The notes under the pieces were generated by a model. It saw only the letters and a list, made by a program, of their open reading frames with translations, ran no database searches and was not told where the DNA came from. This document shows, in pieces, positions 26,346 through 41,741 of a stretch of 64,000 nucleotides of DNA. The stretch comes from Octopus bimaculoides (taxonomy: Eukaryota), in contig NC_068986.1 of NCBI RefSeq assembly GCF_001194135.2, positions 30,981,958-31,045,957 of the forward strand, in the 5' to 3' direction. The position numbers and the translations under genes were made by a program. Every line of letters begins with the position of its first letter. Positions within the stretch are counted from its first letter, which is position 1.

Positions 26346-29324
26346 GGGCTTCCACAGTTTCCACCTACCATTTTCATTCACAAAACATTGATCAGCTTGA
26401 GGTTATAGTAGAAGATACTTGCCCAGCATGCTACACAGTGGGACTGAACCTGAAACCATGCCTGCACCTTAAACTAACAATATTATTTTTATTCTTCCAG
26501 CAAATACAAGAAAGAATTCTGAGCAAGTTTTTGTCTTATTCAACTACATTAGTGAAGCACAATGCAGTCAACCGCTTTGTGTTTCACTAATGAATATAAG
26601 ACCTATTTACTATGTGATTCTTCCATCACTACTTTGGCAAGTACAGAAGTCTACTCAGCTGAAAAGGTCACATAAGGCCAAAACATTTCTTGTCAAGAGA
26701 ATTAAACAACAACAATCAATGACCAATACTGATTAATGGTTGCTAAGTTTTATAGTAAAGCTGTGAACAGACGATTTTTTGTTTGTCTATTATATTTCTA
26801 CACACACAATAAATTTCTTTCAAAGGTTTTAAGCTTACATTAGTAAGAGTCAGATGGCTCTAAAATATGTAAATATATCGGATAAATATTTATTTTTATA
26901 CATGAGAAGTATTCCAATGCTTGCTATTCAACAGTGAGGTGTCATGGATTGCTTCTAGTTTAGCAAGTTAGACTAAACAAAGCAGTGTATCCTCTCTAGA
27001 GACACAATTCAATACCTTAGGGTTTGATATCAGGACTTGAGCAGGTGATTTAACACAAATAATGTGGATACAATAAATAACCTAGATACAGTTTATAACC
27101 TACTTTATAATTAAAATAAAGTGAAATAGAGTAATAGGAGGATGTAAAAACAAAAAAAGCAAAAACTAAATGAATATACTATATAGCAGCTACTGAAATA
27201 ATTCAACTTCTATTATGCCCACGTCACATTATCTTGTGTGTTATGTATTAAAGGGATTTTAAACATTGCTAGTATCATCCAAATTAGATAAAGAATAAGG
27301 AATTATGAATGAATTATTAAGAATTGCAAACAATATTTGAAATTTTAAAGATAACAAAAGGCTAGCATAGCTAAGAAGATTCATACCATGTCCAAATCTC
27401 ATTTTATGCTGTTTGCATTGCCTTGTGTAATATAATAATGTAGTTTATTGTAATCAGAGACCAGCTATCTTACTCAAGCTGGCTGTCATTGATGATAGAT
27501 ATGGACTAAAAAATATTACGAATGGGAATAGGAACATAATAGAAAACTGATTCATACGCAATTATAGATTCTTCAGTTAAGTATAAAAAAGAATTGTCTA
27601 CAATTCACTTCAAAGTGCAGCATACTCAAGCATGCTTAAGGCAAGAGAAAAACTAATCAGCATCTACTTAACAATAACATATAACAGGTAGGTAGGCAGA
27701 TAAGAAGAGGTTTTTAAGAAGACAATTCTAGTCAGTGTATTAAGTGATATCTCAATCCAAGAAACTCAACCGAATGAATTACTGTGATATTATAGAAGAG
27801 AAAAGAACAATATCAACAGCAACCAATACCAGTCACTGCTAGAATACTCAGCAACGCACACTCGAACAGAAAATCAGCAACGATCAAACTTGCTACATAA
27901 TTATAAATCTAGAGCTGTTGAAATATGTACAGCATGATAATGGAAGCTAAACCAAGTAATATCAATGAAAAAAAAATTTTTTTTTAAAAATTATCCTTTG
28001 CCAGTCAGTGAATATTGAATGACGCTTGTATCCATACAACCAGTGAAATCATTTTCCAAGCAAAATGCCTATCGAATGCTAATTTTGGCTTTAGGCTTGC
28101 ACACGTTCTTATTCTAGAATGAATAAAAACTAGTTCATGCTTTCTCAAGAATATTAAGAGTTAAAGCAAGATCTCATTTGAATACCCTTGTTGGCTTGGC
28201 AACAAGTATCATTATAGAGTGCTTTCTTCAAATGATCGGTTTTGTCAATCAATCTTGCATCAATGCTTAAAGGCAATTTCATATCTATTTTTCATTAAAC
28301 AAATTTCTGTATGCTTTACTTCTAAGCTGATAACACAGTTTGCAATTACAAATCATCAATATGTTCGACCATGATAGAGATGGTAACGGTTGTTGTTATA
28401 TCATCAACATTATTGGAATATAATTAAGTAGGTAGGTGGTGTATCTTGACAGGAAAATCATGCACTAATATCTATTACAAACAACATTACTTCTTAAACA
28501 TCTTTTTAAAAGACAGCTGCTTCAAGTTGACTATTTTGACATTTTAATCAAAAGATAACATTTAATAATACTACACAGAAAATATAGAAGCAAATAGACT
28601 TAGCTACAATTTGCTAAGTAAATGCTTTCAATGAAAATAAAATAAAAACAAGGAGAATTTGGCTTGTCTTATCTGTTCTCTGGTTGGTTAGCAAAGCTCA
28701 ACTCTGATTGATAAAACCACAAATACTTGGTTCTCATCCTAAACTTGCTACCAATTGATAAACTTGACACTACTAATAAACATTAGATTTTACAGTGTTC
28801 ACCTACAAACCCAAGATACATTTTTTATGTTGACCTTTCATCTAATTCAGTGGTTCTTCAACTATAGCACCTTCTTGTGGGCATTGTGACCTCACAAAGC
28901 AGGTGGCAAGGAGCACCCAGTGTTAAGAAGGGTTGGGATCTTTTGATTTCTCTTAGAAATAAAATACTGAGAGAGAGAGAGAGAGAGAGAGATTTACTTG
29001 TTTCAGTTGCTAGACCACAGCTATGGTGGAGCACTACCTTGAAGGGGTTATTCAAAGAAATTATAGTACTCTGTAGCAGAACTGCTAAGCTATAGGAACA
29101 CAAACTAGCCAACACTGGTTGCCAATTGGTGGAGGGAGGGGGTTGAACACAAGTTCAAAGACAATCACTCTTTTAAGCACTTTTTTGTAAAATCTTTGTT
29201 GCAATTAGAATGTGAATAGGAAGGGTATTGTGTTATCAGTGAGAAAAAAATATGACCAAGGTCCAATAATTTTATTATCTAAGTCCTTGCATTTAATAAA
29301 AATTTGACACAAAGTATAGGTCCA

Positions 29325-29332
29325 GAGAGAGA

Positions 29333-29410
<78 letters not shown>
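29325..29410. repeat. (GA)n microsatellite. Other long dinucleotide tracts at about 1491-1534 (CA), 4277-4334 (GA), 12087-12121 (CA), 18626-18670 (CA), 26280-26342 (CA) and 45818-45928 (TG/TA/GA)
   Basis: Direct reading. Confidence 0.97.
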
Positions 29411-29415
<5 letters not shown>

Positions 29416-32010
29416 AAAAAGAAGAGAAGGGGAAAGAGGCACACATACATGTTGGATGGGGGTTCTGAGCCATAAAAAGGGGGTTAGAAGCCATTGATCT
29501 AATTTAACACTAGTACTTACTTCAATGAACCGAGACAACTGAAAGTTCCAGGTCAACTTTTGCTGGAACTAAATCCAGATCAATAGGAGAGCAGAAGAAA
29601 ACTCCAAACCATTAACTCCATATTAAACCCAATAAGTTTGTTAGATTTAATCTTTTCATACAGTCAGTTTCTGAGTTTAAGCCAATCTATCTTTAAATTG
29701 ATCATCTTGCTGTTGTTGCTGCTGTTGTTTAATTCCAGGTAAAAATTGATTGAGTAAATCTGTGATCGAAGGTATTCTAGCTATTATTATCCCATCTCGT
29801 TAGTGGTATTAAAGAATACATACTGCTAATTTAAGAAGATGAATGTGATTTGAGGAGAATTTGGTTGCTATTTCTAGCAGGCTGAGTTATTGCACAGAGG
29901 CTCCCCTCATTAGCTATAACTATTTTGTTAATGAAGTAATTAAAACATTAGGATTGGTGTGCTGATTAGTTGAACAGGCTATGTAGAATCTCTGTAGTTA
30001 TCTTTGGAAAAGTTTCTACATTTTTAATTTACATTTTAACATTTCCTGTTCATGTATTAAACAACACTGCTNNNNNNNNNNATATATATATATATAAAGG
30101 CACATGTATGGCTGTGTGGTTATGAAGTTTGCTTTGCAACCACATGATTTTGAGTTCAGTTCCATTGCATGGCACTGTGGTCTGGTGTCTTGTATCATAT
30201 CCTTGAACCAACTAATACCTTGTGACTGAAACTGGTAGAAAGAAACTATGAAGAAGCTCTGCCAAGCATGTGTACATGTGTATCAATTCAGAACATTGTC
30301 ATTCACATAATCTGACATTGTTTATTTTCTGCAGTGAACAATATTGGTCTGTAGATTATTGGACATTGAAGAGAAAAAATAGCTTACTTAAAAAAACAAG
30401 AGTTTGGCAACAGAAAGACCATCTGGCCATAGAAAATCTGCCTCAATAACATTTCATTTACCCAATGACAACATGGTAAAATAGATATAAAAATCAATGA
30501 TTGATAATGATATATTATTTTGTTTCATTTGATGCCTGTTTTTGCATGCTAACATGGCTTAAACATGAAATCTGTTTCTATTTTATAACTAGCTCACTGA
30601 GACTTTGTAGCTGAGTTTTGAAATTATGACCAATGAGACAGAAGCATACATTTAGATTTCTCATTCACTGTTTGGAAATTCCTGAAATTATATATCTACT
30701 TGAGTATAGTATACAAGAGGTTAGTTAAATGCAATGGTTAGACATTTTAATAAGCCTCATAAACATTAAACATTGTTTGTTCTAGGTATCCAAAACTTAC
30801 TCATTAACAGTAAATATAAAATTACATGCACATTTACTGATTTGAGCCAGTGTAGCCACAGTAGAAGGTTACTGTGTATTTGAGTGGTTAAGAAGTTGCT
30901 CCCCAACCATGTAAATTTAATTTCAGTCCCCTTGCACAGCACCATGTACATGTGTCTTCTACTACAACTCTGGGCTAACCAATTGCCTGTGAGGGAATTT
31001 GGTAGAAGGAAACTGAGGGAAGATTGTCATATGTTATTGCAAACGTGTNNNNNNNNNNNNNNNNNNNNNNNNNNNNNNNNNNNNNNNNNNNNNNNNNNNN
31101 NNNNNNNNNNNNNNNNNNNNNNNNNNNNNNNNNNNNNNNNNNNNNNNNNNNNNNNNNNNNNNNNNNNNNNNNNNNNNNNNNNNNNNNNNNNNNNNNNNNN
31201 NNNNNNNNNNNNNNNNNNNNNNNNNNNNNNNNNNNNNNNNNNNNNNNNNNNNNNNNNNNNNNNNNNNNNNNNNNNNNNNNNNNNNNNNNNNNNNNNNNNN
31301 NNNNNNNNNNNNNNNNNNNNNNNNNNNNNNNNNNNNNNNNNNNNNNNNNNNNNNNNNNNNNNNNNNNNNNNNNNNNNNNNNNNNNNNNNNNNNNNNNNNN
31401 NNNNNNNNNNNNNNNNNNNNNNNNNNNNNNNNNNNNNNNNNNNNNNNNNNNNNTTTGTAGAGGAATTAAAAAAAAAAACAGAGCTAACAATCATTTGACA
31501 GTTGGTCAAGAGTATTCATTCTTTACCCTTCTGTATGTATTAACTCTCAGGCCACTACTGTGTGAAGGGGTACTCTGCTAAAACTGGAATATAAGAGAGT
31601 CAAGTTAGTATATGCAGAAATCATTGTAATGTTGGACTCCCAAAAGAGTGAAGGAGGTCATCGCTTTTCTAAAGGAATCCGAGGGCATGAAAGGAGCAAA
31701 GATTAACCAATACAAGCCAGCAGGTATGCTGTTTGTCACCTGGGAATGCAAGTCCATACTGTCAGACAGTATCAGTGGGTACTGGACAGATATATCAACT
31801 ATGGTTCTTGGGATCTTGCTTGGATTGGACCCCTAAAAGAATAGAAACTAAAATGAGGTTACAAATAGGTCGAGAAATGGGCTGAGACGAAGCTATCCCT
31901 CAAAGAGTGAGGAGAGGTAGTGAATGTTAGTTATTACTGACTAACTGCCATTTCTTGCTCTAAGTAACGTAATCTATCCAAACTAAATAATGTAGTACTT
32001 TTTTCTAAAT

Positions 32011-32292
32011 GAGTGATGCTCAACTGGGGTCCATATAAGATTTTTGGGAGTCTACGGTAGCAAATTAGTAAATTGGGGATCCACAGCAGTATTCTAAGGT
32101 CCACGGAAAGCTTTGATTTAAAAGTGTGTATTACAAGAAACTGTTAGGTTTCTGAATGTGTGAATAACAAAATAGGAATTTTGAAAGAAGTATCAATAAA
32201 ATTAATTTTTAAACATCGAATGTCTATGGGGGTTCACCAGAATGAAATAGTAAACAAAAGGGTCCATAGATTTTTAAATGGTTGATCTAAAC
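32011..32292. mobile_element. Decayed hAT-like MITE
   Basis: The ends resemble CAGTG..CTCAAC and GGTTGA. Repeated subterminal GGGGTCCA-like motifs occur near both ends (about 32026, 32077, 32098, 32228 and 32260). The TIR and TSD are not clean. Confidence 0.4.
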
Positions 32293-34488
32293 TAATTTTC
32301 ATTGGAATGATACTTAAATTTTTAATTATCTGCTTGTAAATATTTGTTGCCAAAAATTATTGATATAATAAATTTTTTGTAAATTTTCAAGTTCCCTATA
32401 AACAGGCACTTCAAAATCAAACCAAAATTAGTGTTGATGAGCAATGGCTTCTCAAGTTACAGGAAGACAATTTCTTTAATTGTTATCTCAAGGAATATTC
32501 AATTCCATTTCTTGAAGGACACTGATTAAAAAAAAACAAAGGAGAGGGCTTTAGAATTTATAAAAAGAAACAAACAAAAACCTTGTCACTCAGAGTCTGT
32601 AAATTAGCTTTGAGTGAACAGAGGAAGATGTGATGTTCAGGGTATTTTTTTTATTCTTCTTCCATTTCTCAAAATATATGAGTAACATATAGTGAATGTA
32701 TACCAATCAGAAGCTGAGACATGTAGCAGGCTGAATTTTTCAAAAGCCTAAACATTATTTCATGATGCATATCTTAGCAACAATAATCTTTTCGAGCTGA
32801 AAGTGTCAGCACTCAGTCACTTAACTTGACCGACTGATCACTCAAATCATACTGTCACAATAAAAAAAAAAACGAAGACCACATTGGATAATGTAGTCTC
32901 TGGTGCACTGTGCATAGGAAAAAGATGAGATAGTCATGGCTGGGACATCTTTGATCCTGGGTCTGAACTGCGAGTTAAACCAACAATTATCATTTCTATA
33001 TCTGTCACATGGGCATAATAAAAGATAGAAAAGACAGGAGAGAACATTTTATATATATACAGACAGAATAATATAATATCAATTTCTTTCATAGGAACAT
33101 GGCTAGAAATTTGGTGAAAGTTAAGAGTTGATAACATCATCGTCGTCGTTTATCTAATTCACTGCCTTAACAATAATCTATAACATTTTTATGCTATGGT
33201 CTATGTACATAATGCTATGGAACAAAATTAAAGATAATATGTTATGTACATCTATACTGTTTGTATGATAATTTGACTATTAAAATACGAAATAAGATCA
33301 ACAAAATAATCTAAGACAACTGACTGATGAGAGAGAGATAGTTACTGATATCAACATCATTGCCGTTTAACGTCCGCTTTCCATGCTAGCATAGGTTGGA
33401 CGATTTGACTGAGGACTGGTGAAACCGGATGGCTACACCAGGCTCCAATCTGATTTGGCAGAGTTTCTACAGCTGGATGCCCCTCCTAACACCAACCACT
33501 CCAAGAGTGTAGTGGGAGCTTTTATGTGCCACAGGCACGAAGGCCAGTCAGGCAGTACTGGCAACGGCCATGCTCAAAATGGTGTATTTTCTCTCTCAAA
33601 ATCTACAGCTCAGTGAGACAGCTACTGTAATTTATTCACCGGGCAAGTGGATACAAGCCCAGCTTTATGCACTTTTCTCTAATACAAAAATGAGAATGTA
33701 GTACAGCATATTAAGATTTGTTAAAGTTTTGTTTACTTTTTGAAGTCAGGGTAAATTTGACAAACAACTTTCCAGGCAGAAAATGCAACCAGTATATAAC
33801 AAAGAATATAGTTTTTCAAGGATGTCTCCTTAGACTGCACCTTCAATACTACTTATGAAACTTTACATCATCTCAGGAATGAAGACACTCCAGAATGAAT
33901 ATAATTTCAAAAGAAATTATGTATTTCATGGTTCTCTATAAAGTTGCGATGATGTTATAGTTTTCAAAATAACCATGGAATCTCCATGGATACTGTTAGT
34001 AATAATAACACTTAACACATTGTAATTTACTTGAAATACTGCCATTTCAGCTTAGAAATAAGAAGGCAGTAAAAGCCAATAAAGTTAGAGAAAAACCATG
34101 AATTTATTTAATATTTCAGCTTTAACAAGCTCTAATTTAGGAATGAATAATTTGAAATGAGAAGTAAACTGTAACCAATACCAAATCCATTTGGACAAAT
34201 GCAGAGAAGCACAATGAGGCAAGGATAGGCAGGGTTTAATACTCAAATCAATCAATAAACTGCTGAAGATTTTGGTAAAATCCATAGTTTCAGTATTATG
34301 GTTGCTGTGGAGATACTAATGTAAGATCTCTTACATGTTATACATTTAATAGAGTACACCATAGAGTATACTGTAGAAGCTATGAAACCTCTCTCAACAA
34401 TTAATATTCCAAATTGCAGGCACACATTCTTGCAATGCTGTATATCTTTATACATGCTTCAATGGTTTCATTTACATTTTACTCTATA

Positions 34489-34880
34489 GGCGCAGGAGTG
34501 GCTGTGTGGTAAGTAGCTTGCTTACCAACCACATGGTTCTGGGTTCAGTACCACTGCGTGGCACCTTGGGCAAGTGTCTTCTACTATAGCCTCGGGCTGA
34601 CCAAAGTCTTGTGAGTGGATTTGGTAGACGGAAACTGAAAGAAGCCCGTCGTATGTGTATATATGTGTGTTTGTGTGTCTGTGTCCCCCCCCCCCAACAT
34701 CGCTTGACAACTGATACTGGTGTGTTTATGTCCCCGTAATTTAGCGGTTCAGCAAAAGAAACCAATAGAATAAGTACTAGGCTTACAAAGAATAAGTCCT
34801 GGGGTCGATTTGCTCGACTAAAGGCAGTGCTCCAGCATGGCCACAGTCAAATGACTGAAACAAGTAAAAGAGTAAAGAGT
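34489..34880 (+). mobile_element. Full-length copy of the dominant tRNA-derived SINE family (family A)
   Basis: The head is GGCGCAGGAGTGGCTGTGTGGTAAG...GGGTTCAGTACCAC, the body includes CCTTGGGCAAGTGTCTTCTACTATAGC, there is a central (TG/TA)n, and the tail is GTAAAAGAGTAAAGAG. It is collinear with other copies in the window. Confidence 0.9.
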
Positions 34881-37800
34881 ATAATTCAAATTTTTCAATG
34901 AAATTTTAGGGTTTAAAACGAAAATAAGGAATAAACTTACTTTCCTTTGTCATCTTTCTCTCTAAATAACACCATTTTGCTCAAATGCTGACAAGCAAAG
35001 CCAAGGAATCTCAACATTTGCTATTAACACATAGACACATGTGATGGGCTTCCATAGTTTCCAAAATTCCCTCACAAGACATTGGGTGGCCCAGGGTTAT
35101 CATAAGATATTTTTACTGAAAGGGCCACACAATGGAACCCAAAACCATACAGGCATACCTACACCTTAAGTTATGAAACATATTCCTCTTTTCACTAGTT
35201 TTAGTCACTGGTCAAACTACCACCAAGCTGGAGTGCCTCTTTCAAAAGGATGGTCGATTATATCAACCCCAGTATTTCTAAAGCAATATTAACTTCATCG
35301 ACCTCACAAGTAAGATAGGCAAAGTTGATCTGGAATAGATTCAAAGACAGAACACTTCGTTTGACGCACTACCAATTCTACTGTTATCTACTTTCTATGA
35401 AAATATTTATTCCACTGGTTTAAAAAGTACAACCAACAAAACGAAAAGAAAAAAAAATTAAACCATTGACCCCATGTTATTGTTGCAGCTATCTATTTAC
35501 AGTACAATAAGGTTTCCGTCTAAAACGTGAAGTGCTTCTCATTCAAACATTATATTTATTTTAATGAAATCAAATATATGCAGCACTCTAGATTTTGCCA
35601 GTTAAATTTATTATCCTAAATATCTCATATTTCAATTACTTGAAACAGAAGCCAGAACAAAGTAAACGGAAACAGAGTCTACTGTGCAAATTTTATAATG
35701 AATTGGTTTTGTTAGATTCCTCAGAGAGGCAAGAAGTTGAAATTTATAGGAAAGGGGAATGAACTTTTGCATAAGCAAGATGCTTCCTATTTATAGGGGA
35801 AGGGAAATATAGAGTTGTGATGCCAATGCTTTCTACAAGAATGCTAAGAGTGTTGAATTAGCAGAAATGATAGAGCATCAGACAAAATACTTTTAGGTAT
35901 TTAGTTACATCTCTTAAGACTTTCTCAGTTGAGCATTCAGAAGTCAACAAAAATGCAATACCAGTCAAGTACTGAAGTCAACGTAATGGTGTACATCAAC
36001 AAAATTGGTGGTGTTGCACCAATGTTAGAAATAAATATCAATTGTAAGGGCAGAATCTCACATATGTAATGCAGTATGCTGAAAAATTGACATCGACTGA
36101 GTTTATCCAAGCAATTAACAAACAAAAAATCCTTCAACTTGTGCTTAAAATCTAACAATAAAAAAGACAATGCAGACTGGGGTGGATTCACTTCAATTTT
36201 GATCAACTAATCTTAATCTCTTTTACTAGCATATTAAAAAAAAAAAAGATTTTTGGTTTTAAATACTCTTGTAGGAAAATTCTTTTCTACTAATACTATG
36301 AATTACCTCAGTTGATCAAATATTTCTTACTCACTATATTATATAAGTGAAACCCACTGTGTTTCTATTTAGTATGTGGGATATGTAAGTGAGACATGTT
36401 TCCAAATAAGAACTGATTCACATCATGATGATCTATCCAACTCATACCAGCATAGAAAACAGACAGGTGTTGGTGGCGGTGTTGATCATCATCATCATCA
36501 TCATCATTGCTGAAGTATTTTTTCTCTAGTTAAATAAATAATGATTCTAGCTGGGAATTGAAACAGGGTTGCAAATTCAATTTAAAGCTAAAGTGGTTGT
36601 TGTCACAATCATAATAACAATACTGTTTCTTACATAAACAAGAAGATTCAGATTTAAGATAATGGAGTAGGATATTGTGGCAGTCATACATGTTTGAAAA
36701 GCAACAGTCAAGTAGTGAAAAATGGTTGACTCTAACAGGAAATCAAGTTCAGGTTGCAGACTTGTTTTATCAAAAACTTGCCCCTGCAGCTATTTATTTA
36801 TTTATTTTATTTTTTTATTTTTTCAGAGAGAGGCTCCAGAAGTTTTAGTTCAAGTAGCAATATGATTTTGATATGATTGGGTGGAGGAGTTATCTAGACA
36901 GACGACCTTACTTCATGAGAAATGTCAGATATTCTGAATAAAAGATCAGATTCCCTGGTTTGATTTTGATCATTGATATCAACTAATGTGCCAAGCACAC
37001 ACATACAAACAGAAAACATTCTATATACATATAATCTTAAAAAGGAATGTTTACAGCCTGAACTATTAAAATTCTTTTCTCTCGATTCCATTTTCTATCA
37101 ATCAATCTTCCTTTATTAAAAATATATCAAGACCCTTCCAGAACGACATGAAACTCAAGCTAAGACTCTTTCTTTCTCTCCTTTTTTATTGACCAGTTTA
37201 ATAGAAGATGAAAGTCACAATTTTAACTTGATTTACCATATACTTGCCTCTGCAGCTGCACTGCTTTTAGAGACTGACCACCTTGTGCTTTGATGGATTT
37301 ATTGGAATTAACTTTATTGCAAGCATTTGGACCAGATCCCTAGTTTCTGTCTCACCTATGTTAAGTTAAATTTCCTTAGCTGTCCTGTTCTTCTATAAAA
37401 GTAAAATGAGAGGGAAGCTCTAACATCTTTATAGAATTGAAAACATAAATTGGTTACAAAGGATCAAGAATGTTCTAATGCTTCATACTTAGAGGTTTCT
37501 GTTTCTTTATAAAATGAAAATGCACACATCACCATCTTCTATTAACGGTTTCATTTCACCAGGCTTCAACAAAATGAAACAAATAAACATGACTGATGAA
37601 ATCTGGGATATAAAAAATTCGATAACAATAATATTTAGCAGAAGGCTAAAAATATCATGTTGTTTTCGTAAAGTTATTATTATTTTTTTGATTTTCTTTT
37701 TATCTTTTTTGGCACAACCAATTATATTAATTGAAAATTATATAATGAAGAAATAAAAAGAAAAAAAATGACTCATAACAACATGTTTTGAGAAATAAAT

Positions 37801-40800
37801 GGTTGTTGAACTCTAACAGCATGTTTAAAGGTTAGGTGGTTAACTACAATTGGCAAAATAAGATTCAATCTTATAAACAACATCTAGACATTCAAATTAG
37901 CTGAGATTGAGCCAATGCAGGAGTGTCTACATGATTGCTTGGCCAGCTAAATTGCAGCTAAATCTTCCTCAAAATCTCATCCCACCTTGGGTTTTTTTTT
38001 TTTTTTTTTTGTTTAAAAGAAGAAAACATTGAATAATTGGTACACAACGCTTGAAAAATGATGGGATGGTCATGGCTGAAAGGCTTTTGATCTTTGGTCT
38101 GTTAGAGCCAGACAGACCTGATTCTAAACAACAACAACTGACCAGAAATAAAGCACTGAATCTTGATCAAAAACATGTACTTCTAAAATACATTAGTTCT
38201 CTGTGAGAGCTGTTGAAATGAACACTAGGCAAAGTAAGAGATAATTACTCTATCAAAAATTTATAAAAAGACATTCCATTTTTTTACCTACTTCCCTAAT
38301 TACCTGAGCTTTCACTCTTTTTCCTCCCACCTCACTTTCACTTGTCAACATCAACTATTGTCAAATACATGTGTATTTCAGAGATGTGGAATAATAAACA
38401 CAAGCAAATTAGTTGACAATAAACAGTTAAAAGAGATGATCAAATGACAAATGCGACAAATAATGAATTTTGTAATTTAATAAGAGAATTCCAGGAAGAA
38501 TTTTTAGATAAAGCTCAATAAGTAGAGAACAGAAAACAAGACTTTGTTTATGAAGTAAAGCATCACATGACCTCTGTTAATAAATTTAGAGCAGGATACT
38601 TTTTACCATGTAGTCACTTATGATGGTGATGATGATGGTAAAGAAGAAGAAGAAGAAGAAGACTAATTCACATGCATTTCAATAACTAGTATAAAGTTGG
38701 ATGCTAGTAACACTTCATGTGTAAAAATATTTCTATTTTAAAAATAAACATTAATGACTTACAGATGTACAAATACATGCATGCCAGATTTTTACTCCTC
38801 TAAGTAGGTATATTTATAAATTAAACACACATACAAAAAAAAAAGAAAACTATTTCTAAGGCTGTCAATATACTTTTGAATTGCTTCCTTCTGCCCATTA
38901 AATCAATCACCATCCCATTTCTATTTCACCATGTCGTCATGTGATGAATGAACGTTCAAACTTACAATATTTTTAATTATTATTTCAAAATAAATGTATA
39001 TAAAAAGTGTGCCAGCAATTAACTAATTACAGACTAAATTCTCTTCATATTGATCAATCAAAATAGAGTACACTTTGAACCAGATTGAATGTTAGTGCTT
39101 GTACAAGAAGAATAATAGTGTTAGCTGTTAATTGTGTGCTATTATCAATCAAATTAACCAAGCAATTTGACATTAAGAATATAACAGAGCCAACAAAGAC
39201 TTCTAACAACTTTAATGAAGACTGAAACAATTGTCTTCAGAATTTGTCAACTATTGAATTTACATTTATTGAATCTCATCTTTAAACAGGTTCTCAGTCA
39301 AAGATAGTATTCTCAGTAAATTAAAATGATTCAAATAGACAATGAAAAAGAAAACAATTCTTCTTTTAAAAAAACTTTAACTCATTTCTTTAGTTTCTCT
39401 GCTTTAACAATGTATTACATATTCAATCATGGCTTAGAAAAGAAATTGAAAATTCTAAGTATGGAATTTATGACATTCTCAAAGACGTCATTATGTACGG
39501 CAGTGTTTATCAGAAGGTTTGGAGAGAGGGCAGGGGTGCGAGTGTTGAGAGGAGGCAAATCAAATTGCCATGTTTGATAAAATTGATGAAGAAAGCATAA
39601 TAATATAGATGTCAAATATCTTTTGTCTTCTCATTAATGATGGTGTGTGTGTGTGTGTGTGTGTTTGCGTGAGGAACTGGCAATAGTCAGCTTGAGAACC
39701 ACTGATACACTGGACCAGTATAAAGTATATGAGATCAATTGTCTATAGATAGGATGCTGAGAGAGAGGGGTGTGTGCACAGACAGAGCAAACTATTTCTC
39801 AATCATCAGTCCAATCAATCAGGCATCTTATCAATGTACTGCAATACTTGAACTTATTTCAAGCTAGATGAAATAAAACAAAATAAAGCCATGCATGTAT
39901 ACATGTATTTGTACATCATAACAGCTATATAAAATTAAATCAACATAACACTTGAGCTTATTTTATTTTATTAGTTTTTATTATTTTACAAATTACTACT
40001 CACTCAACTGTGGAACGTGAATGGCTTATCTATGTTTATGTGAAATTAAAGAAGCAATGTTTTATTTACCTTGAGCCAGAGCACAGTTGTTAGAGAAAAG
40101 AGTGAACTAATGATTATTTGGTCACTACTACCTTGCCTTGTTTTGAACTTTAATTAATCAAGCCAACAAGAGAACCTCTACATGATTGCGTAACCTGTAA
40201 GAAATAACAACCAAGTCTCCTCCTAATCTCATTCTACCATTTCAAAAAAAAAAAACATATTGGATAATATGATTATAAATATCTGATGCCTGAAATTAAA
40301 ATGAGATGGTCATGGTTGGAACGCTTTTTATCATATGTCACCATGATTGGAGTTGACTGTTATGCAACTTCACAGATTCAAGCTTGGGCAAGCGTCTTCT
40401 ACAATAATCTCAGATTGATCAATGCCTTCTGGGAGAAAGATGGTAGACTGTATAGAGGGCCTGTGTGTGTGTGTGTGTGCGTGTGTGTGTGTGTGTGTGC
40501 GCGCGTGCGCACACTTGTTTGTTTCTGCATGTGTTTGCATTGATACTGCTAAGGCAACAATGACATTTACAACCCACATACAATAAGAGCAGCAAAATAG
40601 ATTTGAGTCAACAGGCTCAGGACATATTGAACCTGCAGGACATGCAAAGACCAGTGCAAACTGGAAACATGAGCTGGCATCAGGAAGGGCATCTACTATA
40701 GGAGACTCCCTCAAGCAGTCGTGCCCAGCATGGAAAAAGTGCACATAAAAACAATGATGATGTCACCATCATCATTGTTAAAGAAACTAAACAATCTGAG

Positions 40801-41741
40801 CCATGAAATCATAAGAATATTTGCGGTTTCAGGAATATATTTCTCAATTGCATGTTCTAGGTTTGATCCCATGACACAGCACCTTGGGCAAGTGCATTCT
40901 ACTTTAGCCATGTGTTTAGAATTTGGTAGAGAGGAAGTTGTGTGGAAGCCCAATGCATATATGTGTTTGAGTACATACCTTAGTATTTCTTAGTGTATTG
41001 AATTGCATTCCTTTATGCAGAAAAAATAAAATTACTATAACTGAGCAGTTCAATAAACAGAGATGGATAACATAAGTATTAGACTGAAAAAAGTATGAGG
41101 TCAAGCATGATTGACTAAACTCTTCATGACAGTGTCCCAGGATGGCAACAGCCCGATCACTGAAATCCATAAAAGAGTTAAACAATATTGACTGGCTCCC
41201 TAATATACCAGACATTTCTTTAATTCCAAACGAGGCTATCAAAATACTAACTTTGAATATTAGGTTATCAGGAAAGGTTTTTTTTTTCTTTTCTTTTTTA
41301 GAGGGGGAAAAAAGGTCAAACTAGTTCTACAGCTGGAAGTAATAAAAATACCCCAGGAATTAGTGCAACGCAAACAATTGGCGGGTAGATCAAGACAATT
41401 TATGCAAAACAGAAATAAGAAGAAAGAAAAGAAAAAAAGATTCCTGATACTGCATGTGAATCAAGTATTATGTGATAGCCTACACAGATATCCAATATCT
41501 AGTTCAGTGCCTGTAAAGAAGTCAAGAGCTACAGTATTCTTAAACAACTAAAATGAAATTAAGAAAAATGATATTTTCACAATTTTGGCAGCAACAACTA
41601 AAAAATTTTTTTTTTCCTTCTGAATTTATTCTAAATCAAATTGGTGAGATATACGATGCTTTTTATCAACTATATTTAACATGTCTTTAACAAAGAAGTC
41701 TATTAGGAATGAGATTTCAGAATAGAAGAGCAAACATCTTC

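Noticed and set aside
31490-31920. GC-richer block with short ORFs after a gap
   Set aside because: No splice signals or recognisable protein motif; probably a decayed mobile element.
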